Source: Asterias rubens
Lineage: Eukaryota
Assembly: GCF_902459465.1 (NCBI RefSeq)
Contig: NC_047079.1
Coordinates: 7,254,001-7,318,000 of the forward strand
Length of the DNA stretch: 64,000 nt
Reading direction: 5' to 3'
Under the pieces are notes generated by a model. It was not told the origin of the DNA. It saw only the letters and a list, made by a program, of their open reading frames with translations, and made no database searches. Below, one piece after another: positions 49,171-61,529 of this stretch (the first letter of the stretch is position 1; the number at the start of each line of letters is the position of its first letter). A program made the translations under genes and the position numbers.

Positions 49171-50924
49171 TGTAGTAAAACACGATCTTAGTGGTCTGCA
49201 ACTTTAATCAACTTCGTCTTCTCTCGATCTCTCTACCAAAATGTCACAGCTGCTGCAAATATTGACACCGGTTGCTCCAATCAAACTTGACACTGTGTTT
49301 GTGTATACAGCCACGTACTGGTACTGTGTCTCGCTCGAAATCTAATTGCAATTGCAAGAGACCAAAACAATGAAAGACCAAAGCAGCAGTCCACAATATT
49401 GTTCAGCATGATTACCGAAAAATAGACCTCAAAGCACGTGACACTTTGAAGGTGATGCAGGGATGTTTGTTATTGGGAATCTTGATATTTTTTAACAATG
49501 CATCATTAAGGGAATAAAGGGGTAGCGACGGCCGTTTAAAGACGGCAGGGTCGGCGGTCGTGTGATACGCCTTTCTTAATATTTATGCATGAGGTACGTC
49601 ACAATGCTGCAAGTGATGGGGAACGTGGGCCCATAGCCTCCTTTTGGGTAAGAATTATAGACACTGAAAATTCAAGGTTTGAAATATTGGCATGCAGGGG
49701 GGGGGGGTGGGGTGGGGGTGTGCACAACCAGAAAAATAGAAAGAAAGAAGAACATAAGATGGAAGTCGATGGCACACAGGTCTCCATGTTTGACTTCGGT
49801 TGAATCTTCCTTAATTATTGTCAAACTTGAAATATTCAAAAACTATGTTTTTCTTTTGATTACACTCACTCAATCAGGGAATCTTAACATTTAAATGGCG
49901 TCATATTCCAACGGTCATTGCTCATTGTGCCGTACAGTAAGTTCTTGTAAACAGGTGAGATTTGAGTGACGTCTTAAAAATATGTATTGTAGGTGGAAAA
50001 TTAATCTTTTGTCAAGAAAATGTTCTGACTAATTGCTATATTCCATGGCTGTAGTATTAGCACAGCAGTATACACACAATGATACGGACAATCAATGAAA
50101 TACAATCAACAGCTTGTTTTAATCTGTATATTTCATTCCCCCTTTATTGGGGTTCATTTAGCCGTTATTGAGAGACGGGGAGGTGGAAAACCCTTGCCCG
50201 TACAGAACTTAAAACCTTTGGTGACCACATTAGAGTCTGTACACAAACGCTTTTACACCATCGTACTGTTTCCAACAAACCGTTTATGATAACTAAGTTA
50301 ATTTGGGGGTGAAAACAATTCCTTTCATACAAATTCAATAAAACAAATCCCAACCCAACCAGGTATCTGTTGACATGATTTAGTTCAGCCTGGTGTGGCT
50401 GTTAGCCAAATATTGAGATTTTTGTTTGCAACTCTGTGGATGTGCATGAAGGAGAGGACATTTGATGGATTTTGTAAAGTCAAACAATGATCAACTCATG
50501 GTGTATAGTTTGTCATTTCCCGTGCTATTTGCTATGTATAAAATAGAGAACTTTGAACGGGTAATATTTTGAACTTGATTTTCGTTTGGTGGAGTAAACA
50601 CAATTTGTTGATAAACAGCCTGTTGACACTAGTGGTGGTTTCGCCGAAGAAAACATCAAGAAAACTTAGCCATATGTGGTACAGGTTAGCATGGTTGGTA
50701 GTTCTGGAAACTTCATCAGAAACTTACTAAAAAGGGCTACATTATCCCATGCATGTCATAGTTTCTAAAAGTCTCCCTGTACCCCCAAATTGTAACAGTA
50801 AATCATTACTTTCGATCAATTTATATTACCATTATGTTTACTTTATTTCTTACAACCAAACACGTTTAAAATAGCAATAGATCAACAAAATGCACAAACA
50901 ATTTTCAATCTTTCGCAGCTATTT

Positions 50925-53900
50925 TTAGCAGGTGACGTCACCTCCCGAATTGGCTGATAACCAGTCACAGTAATTAGCAATGCGCATGTAGATGCCAGGA
51001 TACCCGGGATTGTTACAGCCCCATGTCCAGCTGACAGTCCCTTCTAGAACCACTCCTGGTTTGTGGACTTTGTCATCATAGTTGCTGACCACGGGACTTC
51101 CACTGTCACCCTGTTGAAAGGAAACCCAAAAATATTAAAGGCACTGGATACTATTTTTAATTACTCAAAATGAAGTGTTGACATACAAACTTACTCGGTA
51201 ACGAGCAGTGGAGAGCTGTTGATAATATAAAACATCGTGAGAAACGACTCCCTCTGAAGTAACATAGTTTTTTTTTTCAATGAAATATCTTGGGGTTAGT
51301 TTGATTGGATTGAGACATTAACTGCTCATTATTATTTGGTTCCTACCAAACAGCTATCATTCCATCAAAGGCAATAAAGACTAAGAAACATTAACTACTC
51401 GTTATTATTTGGTTCCTACCAAGCAGCTATCATTCCATCAAAGGCAATAAAGACTAAGAAGCATTAACTACTCGTTATTATTTGGTTCCTACCAAACAGC
51501 TATCATTCCATCAAAGGCAATAAAGACTAAGAAACATTAACTACTCGTTATTATTTGGTTCCTACCAAACAGCTATCATTCCATCAAAGGCAATAAAGAC
51601 TAAGAAACATTAACTGCTCATTATTATTTGGTTCCTACCAAACAGCTATCATTCCATCAAAGGCAATAAAGACTAAGAAACATTAACTGCTCATTATTAT
51701 TTGGTTCCTACCAAACAGCTATCATTCCATCAAAGGCAATAAAGACTAATAAACATTAACTACTCGTTATTATTTGGTTCCTACCAAACAGCTATCATTC
51801 CATCAAAGGCAATAAAGACTAATAAACATTAACTACTCGTTATTATTTGGTTCCTACCAAACAGCTATCATTCCATCAAAGGCAATAAAGACTAATAAAC
51901 ATTAACTACTCGTTATTATTTGGTTCCTACCAAACAGCTATCATTCCATCAAAGGCAATAAAGACTAAGAAACATTAACTACTCGTTATTATTTGGTTCC
52001 TACCAAACAGCTATCATTCCATCAAAGGCAATAAAGACTAAGAAACATTAACTACTCGTTATTATTTGGTTCCTACCAAACAGCTATCATTCCATCAAAG
52101 GCAATAAAGACTAAGAAACATTAACTACTCGTTATTATTTGGTTCCTACCAAGCATGCGTCCTTGCCACTGGTCCCCGCACAGAACATGTTATCAGTAAT
52201 AGAAACACCAGAGTACCAGGAATCACAAAGTCGTCGTTCAACTACCATCACATCCACCTGCATCAACTCCCAAACCAAACTACCATAACCTGGAGCAAAT
52301 AATACAAAAACAAGTGTCGATGTCTAGCGGTTAAGAGCACCGGATTCAAACTCTGGTGTTTCTGATTAGCAGAGTTCGGGTTCAAGTCCCAGTCGTGACA
52401 CTTGTGTCCTTAAGCAATATACTTAACCATGATTAATCATGATGATTCGTCCTTCGGATGGGACATAAATAGGTTGGTCCAGTGTGTTGTGAACCAAGTT
52501 CTTAATAATAAGATTTATAGTTGGATTCAGTTTCTATCGTAGGGGACAGTTCTCGAGCACAATCCCAAGTAAGTCGTATTTTCAAAGAGACTTTTGGAGG
52601 CGGGCTCGCTGGAGCAGTATGTTAAAATGATAGCCTGGCTGCCAAACGCCAACATATATTAATGGGTTTTTGTACTTTTTGTATATCAAGTTTTTGGACA
52701 TGACATAAATCCTTACTAACTGTGATTGAAGACGTTTACATGTAGAAATTTCAGCTTCACGAGTCGTCAGTCAAGTTTTTGAGGATAAAAAGTGAAAATC
52801 ACAGAGTAATGTTTTTAGGAGAGTCGCGTAAAATCAATTACGTTGCACATGCTAAATTAGTTTTCGTTTCCTGGGACAAAATTCATTTTTGGTTTTCAGA
52901 AACTACAGCACTTCAGCAAATTGTTTTTTAAGGTGAGCTTTCTGTCATCATTATCTTAAAACCGTATAAGTTTATTGTAAATGTTGACATTGTGTTTTGT
53001 ATTGTACAACAAGCACCCAAACTATTAATTGAGTAATGAAACAAAGAATTTCAAATCATGAAAATGACTTTGTACCTGAAGTACTGCCCCATCCACTGAC
53101 CAGTAGTGTAGTTCCATCCGCGGGGTCACTGCCCCTCCTAGCGAGTGCAATGGGCTCGACGAGACTGTTAAGTACCGCCTCCTCCTCAAGCTCAATGAGA
53201 GAGATATCATCGTCATACGTGGCGGTGTCGAACTTTGGGTGGGGTCGATACGTTCCCATAATTACCTGTGTACCAGCCTGGTTCTTTAGGTCGGTAAACC
53301 CGAGTCCAACGTACACGGTTTTAGACCTGTTTAAGAAAAGGAGCACGTCTTGTAAACATTTTTTCTTTTTATGTTTAGTGCTTGGATAAAAAAGAGGCAT
53401 GCTTTGTCTGCCATTTTGACTCAATCAGTGTCTAGGAATAATTGGAATATCACAAATTTGGACATGACAAAAGGAACACATATTACGAACACATAATATG
53501 TTTGTCGGCCATTTTGAATCCAGGGAATGTCTACCTTTAATCATTGGCATATTATAAATTATTTGAGTATAATTTCTTGATAGCCATAACAGAGAAGTCC
53601 CGAGGATGCTATGGACGCTCTTGAGCTCTTGATGTTCCCCTTTGGGGTTTTTTCTTCCTCGTCTAAAAACTGAAATGTCTTTGTCTTCTCTACTAAAATT
53701 TGGTTAGATGTTTCCATGGGGATGCATTGCCGACTTTATAATTCAGAATCAGTTAAATGTCATTATTGTTTTCTCTACAAAAAGTTGATGTGATGTTTCC
53801 ATGAGGATGCTTTGCCGACTTAAATTCAGATCTTAGACTTACCCTTGGCTGCAATGGGCAGACGTTAAAACCCATTTCTTGTGGACTAAGACACCACCGC

Positions 53901-54167
53901 AGAATTGGTCCGAGCCATGGTCGCTTGACATGAGAGCGACCTGATACGGCCGGCTACCTACAGGGGACTCCGTTCCCCCCATGATCCGCTTGGATGGTGG
54001 TCGGAAGGCTACCGAGGGAAAAGATCGGACATGAATATGTTTACTTCTGTTTTAATAAAGATGCATTTAAGATCATCTTTTGACGTGAACGTTTCCTAGA
54101 ACAGACAATACCGTGAATTCTTACCAAATGCCAGTGACAGGCAGGCGAGGAAGGCAGCAACCCTCAT
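50925..54167 (-). CDS. Trypsin-family (S1A) serine protease, divergent paralog A
   Basis: Exons 54167-54125, 54008-53843, 53326-53076, 52289-52150, 51110-50925(TAA). Signal peptide, SKR|IMGG, TSAHC, DDISL, KDACL-GDSGSP, SWTWGC, PGIY; catalytic triad intact. Confidence 0.92.
51315..52152. repeat. 73-bp minisatellite (~11.5 copies) filling intron 4 of trypsin A, each unit carrying the exon-4 donor
   Basis: Units start at 51315, 51388 ... 52118 (period 73) and are nearly identical. On the minus strand each reads TTG|GTAGGAACCAAATAA. Confidence 0.95.
52320..52470 (+). mobile_element. tRNA-derived SINE
   Basis: CTAGCGGTTAAGAGCACCGG (A box), GGTTCAAGTCCC (B box), then GTCGTGACACTTGTGTCCTTAAGCAA..CACTTAACCAT body. 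Confidence 0.75.
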
Positions 54168-54402
54168 GGTGATTGAGATGATGTCTGGTTGGAAATCAGC
54201 GAGAAAATGAAGACATCTGCCCGATGTCCTGACCTATTATTGCCGCAATAATTTCTGCTATCAATAATAATAGTTTCTTCATTTGACTGATTAGTTTGTA
54301 GATTGGTGATGTACATTCACCAGCTGCGGATAATGAACAAGGAAAGATAACGAAAACATGTCACGTTGCAATAAAACACGAACAATTACATGTGTTGTTT
54401 AA

Positions 54403-54773
54403 AGACAGTGGACACCATTGGTAATTCTCAAAGGCCAGTCTTCTCACTTGGTGTATATCAACATATGCATAAAATAACAAACCTGTGAAAATTTGAGCTC
54501 GATTGGTCGTCGGAGTTGCGAGATAACTATGAAAGAAAAAACACCCCTTGTCACACGAAGTTGTGTGCTTTCTGATGCTTGATTTCGAGACCTCAAATTC
54601 TAAACTAAACTTGAGGTCTCGAAATCAAATTCGTGGATAATTACTTCTTTCTCAAAAACTACGCCACTTCAGAGGGAGCTGTTTCTCACAATGTTTTATA
54701 CCATCCATCTCTCCCCATTTAACTCGTAACGATGATAAATATTTTGAGTAATTACCAATAGTGTCCACTGCCT
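54403..54773 (+). mobile_element. Kolobok-like MITE
   Basis: TTAA|AGACAGTGGACACCATTGGTAATT...AATTACCAATAGTGTCCACTGCCT|TTAA. Confidence 0.82.
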
Positions 54774-55934
54774 TTAAGACAATAGTAAACTAAATAGGAC
54801 CAGAAGTTTTGTTGTTTGTTGTTTGTTGTTTGTTGTTTGTTGTTTGTTAAGATGATCTTCTCGTCTAAAGGAACTAGCCCCCCCCCCCCCCCGCGAGGGG
54901 ATAAATGACTAGCTAGCAATAGCCACTCTCTCCCATACAAACATTAGTTTAACGTCTTCTGCACACATTAGGATTCGGTAAAGGGATTCATGTTACATAG
55001 TGCAATTTAACCATATCGGTTGTCATACTGTTAACGCCTTAGTGATGTTTTTTCTTAATAAACCAATAAATATAATAACAGACGACACTACTTTCATAAT
55101 AGTCGTTGTGAAATCAGCAGTTAGCGTGGGGGGTTCGAACCCACAACCTTGTAAATGCAGTCCATGCAGTCATCAAACCCTGGACTACGGTTATCTTTAA
55201 AAAAAAAAAAAAAAAATTGTGCACCCTTGTGCCCATAAAAATGTAATCCTATTATTAGTTTTGGCCCTGAAAGCACAGCACTATGAAGTTTGTGGCGAAA
55301 CGTCAGGTATAAATAAATACATTTTGTTTTATGAATCCTGTACGTCGGTAAGCATTTTAAATAAGCAAAATATTCTCATAAACAAAATGAATTTAATAAT
55401 TTTACCGATTTTCTTTTACAGACGCTTTTGTTTTTACTTCAGTCACAGACACACATGTTTTCATAAAGCCAGATAACCCAATTAGATACATAATTCATCC
55501 AGACTGGTTTCTGCCAGATATTATCTATAGAGGTTAACCAGGCAGCGATAACACACAAAAAAAAAATAAATGAAATAAATGATATACAAAAAAATAGCAA
55601 ACTTTAGAAAGTTCATTGATACATGGAAAGTAAAAGATGGATACAAAGTTTTCTTCTTCATTCAATGTTTGGTTAGGCTTAAAGTTCATTAAAATGTTTG
55701 TTATCACACAATTTATTTTTTATTATTGGGAAATCGCGCGTAATAAACTCATCTTTGAGTAGGTTTCATCATGGAAAAAAAGTCAACGGAAAAGGAGAAA
55801 ATTTCAATTGAAAATTAATTTTCATGCGTTAGATTGTTCTGAGAAAAACTGTTTCTTATTTTAAACAACCATTTTATATACTTTTTTGGGGGAACCTGGT
55901 TCCTTATTACCTCGAGTTTATGAGAAAACATTAA

Positions 55935-56307
55935 AGGGAAGGTACACCTTTGGTAATTGTCAAAGACCAGTCTTCTCACTTGGTGTATCCCAACATAAGC
56001 ATAAAATAACAAGCCTGTGAAAATTTGAACTCAATTGGTCATCGAAGTTGCGAGAAATTGATGAGAGAAAAAACACCCTTGTTGGACGAATTCGGGTGCT
56101 TTCAGGTAGGAATAAAAGACTTCTGGCTAAGGGTCTTTTAATATTTTAGTGAGAAATTACCTCTTTCTCAAAGTCTATCCTACTTCAGAGGGAGCTGCTT
56201 CTAACAATGTTTTATACTATAATCAACAGCTTTCCAATGTTCATTACCAATTCAGTTTTTAAGTTAATATTTGTTTTGATTAATTACCAAACGTGTATAC
56301 ATTCCCT
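55935..56307 (+). mobile_element. Kolobok-like MITE, related subfamily
   Basis: TTAA|AGGGAAGGTACACCTTTGGTAATT...AATTACCAAACGTGTATACATTCCCT|TTAA; body homologous to the other copies. Confidence 0.78.
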
Positions 56308-57331
56308 TTAAGGTCTAAAGAAATTGCTGTCAAACATTTATTCTCTGTTAAACACTATCGCCGATTTGTGTATGATGAATAATATTTTTTACAACACGAT
56401 CAGCGGCAGTATCTATGGAGGTGGTGGTGTGGGGGAGGTTGCCAGAGTTGAAACTTAAACTTAGGAGAGCAAACATCAATCTAAGATCTTTGATTTTGCA
56501 TTTGCGGACTTAGATCACAGTTATTTTTACGCTCACTGGTGATCGTGAACATTACGGTTAAATGTTGTGTGTGTATATTGTTATATTATACACAATCCAT
56601 TCCCGCCAGCTAACCGGTCAAACATGACAAACAGCTCAACAAAATACCATGCAGAACAACAGCAGGATATGGGAGCGACAATAATAGGATGTTCAAGACA
56701 AAATCCTATAAACGTGCTTTAGACTACACTGTGAACTCCTTTTCCATATTATACATGGGGACTATGACCGGCTCTACAAAAATGGGTATTAAGGGACATA
56801 ATAAATAAACTGAGTTACATACACAGCTGTATTGGTGTTATTATAAGCTTCATTTTGGTGTAGGTTTGAACCCTGTGGCATTTTGCGTTCTGGAAATATA
56901 CTGATATTTTGCATATTTTGGTGGCGGAGTATACACTCTTACCACTATGAACAAACAGACACCCCAAGACCCCAGCAAACTAACAAACACCCCAACTAAC
57001 AAACACCCCAACAAACAAACAAAAACACTTCGACAACAACAAACTATGGACAACGTCTGAAGTTAACATGATTCTACTCTCTTTTATTTCTGCCATCATA
57101 ATTGCAAGTTCGCACGAAGAATCATTAAGTTTGATATTATGATCAAAGATAAGGTAATCTTAAATTTTTCTGCATCATTATAAAATCCAGAAAATAATGT
57201 GGCTTTCAACAAAGTGCTTATGACAAGGAACATCACACTGTCTTGTGTACATTGTCTCGAAGATGTTACACGATTGAAAAGGCGAACTTGAGATGTCAGT
57301 TCTTGAGGATACCTATATGAACTGATAGTTC

Positions 57332-57583
57332 TGGGTCCAATTGCATGGCTCTGCTTTCCGTAAGCAAATAATCGGCGTATACGGAAGCGGGGAATTATGT
57401 GCTTACGGCAAGCGTATTTCACGGGTTAGCGGCGAATTTTGGCTTCTGCGTCTGCGTACTCCACGTTACTAGGCATTCTACGCTTTCAAGGATCGCGCAG
57501 AAATTCGGCGCTTGCACGTAAGCGGGGAATCGTGATCGTAAGCGCAGAACTCGGCGGTAAGCAGAGCCATGAATATGGGCTCT
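57332..57583. mobile_element. Harbinger-like MITE
   Basis: GGGTCCAATTGCATGGCTCTGCTTTCCG...CGGTAAGCAGAGCCATGAATATGGGCTC inverted ends. Confidence 0.65.
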
Positions 57584-57809
57584 GTACAGTAGCAGGGTAA
57601 GGCAAGTGTACTCGTTTTAGGGTGTCACACAGTTATGAAAGTCAGTATGTAGAATAATGTGTCAGTAATAATGCAGTATATAGCTGTCTGCTGCCACCAA
57701 GTGTCCCAAAAAGTATCATGATTGTTTCAGCAGTTTCAATATCACGTGGTGGTAACACTAAACAATCTGGAGGCATTTTAGGGAGACTGTTGGTGAAGGC
57801 AGAGACCTA

Positions 57810-57938
57810 GGCCGTGTCCGAAACGACGACTTCGGCTACAGCTACGGCTAGATCGCGCGCGTCTGCCTATTCTTCAACACTGGTAGACGCGCTGATCTAG
57901 ACGTAGCTGAAGCCGAAGTCGTCGTTTCGGACACGGCC
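57810..57938. mobile_element. MITE, GGCCGTGTCC-TIR family, intact with CTA TSD
   Basis: CTA|GGCCGTGTCCGAAACGACGACTTCGGCT...AGCCGAAGTCGTCGTTTCGGACACGGCC|CTA; 28-bp perfect TIR and 3-bp TSD (Harbinger-like). Confidence 0.85.
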
Positions 57939-58204
57939 CTACTCTCTTAAGACAAGCTCATTGTTTAGGAAAATGCTATGTCTGCTGCCCTCTTGCGATG
58001 GCTTATAACAGCCGCCCGGTCCATTATACAACAATTTAATTGCTTTTTAATTGCTTATAAATACCGATTGTCATTGTAAATCGTGAGAGTAGCCATGGTA
58101 ACAAACTGTTAATTCGTTTAGTGTTAATTGAAGATATTGACCAAACTGTCAATGAAGTAGTCGATCAAGCTGTCGGTTGAGCCGTCGATCAAAGAGGTGA
58201 TGGT

Positions 58205-60914
58205 CTAACATGTTACGTCATTATTGGTCGTGGTTGCGAACCACGCGCAGTAGTTGGAAGGTCGAGCGTAGACACCTGGGTATCTAGAGTCGGCGCAACC
58301 CCAGCCCCAGCTAACAACCCCTTCAAGAACGACGCCATCTTGGTGAGCTTTCTCGTCGAAGTTACTGACCATCGGTCCACCACTGTCACCCTGTGTCAAA
58401 TAATGGTACGGGTCAGGAGATTAGGAGATAAAATCAGGCATAAGGTTGGGTGCGTTCGATAAGCTTCTCTGGGTCGACCCCGCAGTGCTCACTCGGTCGA
58501 GCCCCTGACAAGAGCTAATCGAACGATCACACTCGCCCCCAAGTGACCCACTCCACAAGCATGGCACTGGGGGCTGACCCGGGTGAGCCCCGTCAAAGCT
58601 AATCGAATGTACCACCGGGGCAGGGTCGACCCAGGCAAGCTAAACAAACGCACCCTTAGTGTTTGGGTGTCTTGCCTCGTCTTCCACCTCTGGGACCCCG
58701 GTTTGAATCCCACTGGGGCACGGGGATTGGAATATTCTCTAGGGTTTCCTCACACATCTAAAACTGAAATTTCTTCACCATCTTCTCTAAATTCTCGTTT
58801 AGCTCTAATAAGAGCGTTCAGAATATTTATCCAGATCCGGATCCGTAAAACATGTTGGTTGAGAGGGAGGATACATCATGCCTTTGATATTGATTACATA
58901 ACTCGGGAATATACTGAGAGTTTACAGTTCTAACACACATCGGTGTATACAGGTAAAACCGAAATGAATATTCTTTGCCCCCGATACAAATTTAACATCT
59001 ATTGATTCATAACTTGCCTGACAAGCGTCTTTTCCTGCGGAAGCTGCACAGATCATGTTATCCGTAATTGTAGCACTATCATACTGTTTATCGCACTGAG
59101 CCCTGTCAATACCATCCACAACAACTTGTCGAAGTTCCCATCGGGGGTAACCACCAGCTGTTGGATGAACAAGTGAATATCACGTCAAGTTAAGTGTTTA
59201 CGTTATAAACTGTGTCATGAACGAATTTTGACATTTATTTTGACTTTTCTTTAGTGTACAATTCCGTTCCCGTTTTAGATGGGGAAACAATAATGCAAGT
59301 TGAGTACACCTTAAGTGTAATTAGCATCAATAATATTATAGTATTGGAAATCTTAAAAAAATATTGGCAATGTCTAACTTATAAAGTTGTGCAGAGTCTT
59401 TGTTCAAGTCACGCCCCTTAAACATGTCACAGATGACGTCATTGGTATAAAAATAACATACTTACACTGAGTGGAGCCCCATCCGCTGACAAGGAGTTTG
59501 GTGCCTGGTGCTACGTCACTTCCAGCCTTTGCAATAGGAATAGTCTCTATTTTGGGGGTTAGGGTGACGGATTGGTGAAGCTCAATCAAAGCGATGTCGT
59601 GGTCCAAATTTTGTGCGTCAAACTTAGGGTGTTTGTGCCATGTACCTTCAATCGCTACACCTTCAAAATCGGTGTCTGCCAAGTTGTGCCATCCCATGCC
59701 AGCGAACACAGGCCATTGGCTATGAAATGAACATACATCATATCACATACATTATTAATGCAAGTATCCATGATTGTTAAAAGAAACATTACAGAATTGG
59801 TTTTGCTAACAAAAACAGTTGCTTGCAGTGAGAGCATGTTATGCACCACACGAGGTTTGATTGGGATTATGTTTGGTTTAAAGCTATTAATATAGGCCCT
59901 ATACAGTAGAAATTGCCTTTGCTCTCGTGCTTAGAAATACACTATTAAAACATAAAAGGACATTCCAACCCGTCTACATGCTGCATGTTAATTTGTCACT
60001 TAACCACCCCCAACCCACCCCCCCAAAAAAAAACAACAACAACAACAACACACACGCACACACACACACACCCAAGTCAAAAAAAGTATAAATAAAACAC
60101 TCAACATACTTGACACAGTGGGCTGCGGTGAGAACCCATTTAGGGTGGACCAAGGTGCCCCCACAAAACTGGGATTCTCCTTTTTCGGTGTATGACAGAG
60201 CCACCTGAAAGGGGCGGCTCCCCCGAGGTGCTTCAACGCCACCAACGATGAGTTTCCTTGATGAATAACTACGGGGCAATGCTGGAACGAGAGAAAAGAA
60301 AATAATAGGAAAAACAAACTTTCTTTTTGATGGCACTAAAGCACTATTATTGCCAAAGAGTATTTTATGATCAACATAGCAGCTCGATTAAACAGTTCCA
60401 CACCCTTGAGAGAACATCATACTCTATCATTACTTAAGGATTTTCATTACCGATTGAAGAAAAAAAATCCATTTTAAAACTGCAAATGCTTGAACAAAAC
60501 TACTCCTCGATATATTTCGACTTTACTGTCACATTACACTCCTCCACGATTTCGTCGGTCCACACTTGACATCATTCGCTTGAATGTTCCCCGAGCAAAC
60601 AAAGTTCTAGTCCAGCGATTTGGAACAACCTCCATACTGCCATTCTAAGAATCTGTTACTCAATCTACATTTCGTAAAGTTCCAAAGACTCCCCATTGTA
60701 TGTTAGTTGTTTTCATGTTCGCTATGATCTTGATGAAAAAGCGCCGTATGACTTTGAACTTTTATGATCTTCCAACCGAAGGGATGGTTTTAGTGATTGA
60801 GTAGTTTTAAGCCTACTGCACCCGTTGTCGAATTGAGTTGCTACAAACCATAGTTTTTGACCATTTCTTACCTAAAGCCACCGTGAGGCAGGCGAGGAAT
60901 ATGATGATCTTCAT
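58205..60914 (-). CDS. Trypsin (S1A), canonical paralog B
   Basis: Exons 60914-60872, 60281-60110, 59719-59466, 59157-59018 (GC donor), 58390-58205(TAG). [47 protein letters not shown]; Asp189/Gly216/Gly226 give trypsin specificity. Confidence 0.94.
58449..58654. mobile_element. MITE in trypsin B intron 4
   Basis: GGGTGCGTTCGATAAGC...GCTAAACAAACGCACCC inverted ends, internal GCTAATCGAA repeats. Confidence 0.6.
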
Positions 60915-61529
60915 GACAGTGGAGCTTCTGCTAACTTGGAGTTTAAAAGGTCTTCAAGTTATAAGAGAGAGCTTTGCGTGAAATGTTTGGTGAGTGTTCC
61001 TGGTTTATATTGACTGGAAAGTAGATCAACATTGATAGCACGTGCGAGTTAAACAGCTGAACAGGAAGAGTGCGTTTGTTCCTGTTGATAATAGTTATTA
61101 TTTTTGTACTTTTTATCCAGTTGTATTTATTTACATAGTTATTTATTTATTTCCTAAACTCGTGACGGCAAAGCTGACGTTGGTGTTTAGTAATGAAGCA
61201 TATACATGGCGACGCAAGGGTGTCCACGGTTTAATAGTAGGACTGAATTGTTCCAAACCTAAAATGCATTAAATTCATCTGTCCTCCTTTTTATCGCCAG
61301 ACACACACGGCATGAAGGCCACTTCATCAAATTGTGGGCTACAATCTATTTACGTCCATGACCGTTGCCACCTACTCCTGGGGCCAATTTCATAGAGCTG
61401 CTTAAGCAAAAGTTTTGCTTAAGCACGAAAACAGCTCGCTTATTTTACACATGTTACTGGCCAAAATGTTATGCCATATATAAATTGATTGTGACTGGTA
61501 TTTAGCTGTTGTTCACTTAGCATACACTG

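Noticed and set aside
51315-52152. CRISPR-like array
   Set aside because: The units are contiguous with no unique spacers, the context is a eukaryotic intron, and there are no cas genes; it is a minisatellite.
55262-55310. Hammerhead ribozyme (CCTGA...CGAAACGTC)
   Set aside because: The core reads CTGAAAG rather than CUGANGA and stem I cannot pair; at most a decayed repeat terminus.
58089-58102. X-box GTAGCCATGGTAAC downstream of trypsin B
   Set aside because: It is a good motif match but sits near no ciliary gene; likely chance or repeat-derived.
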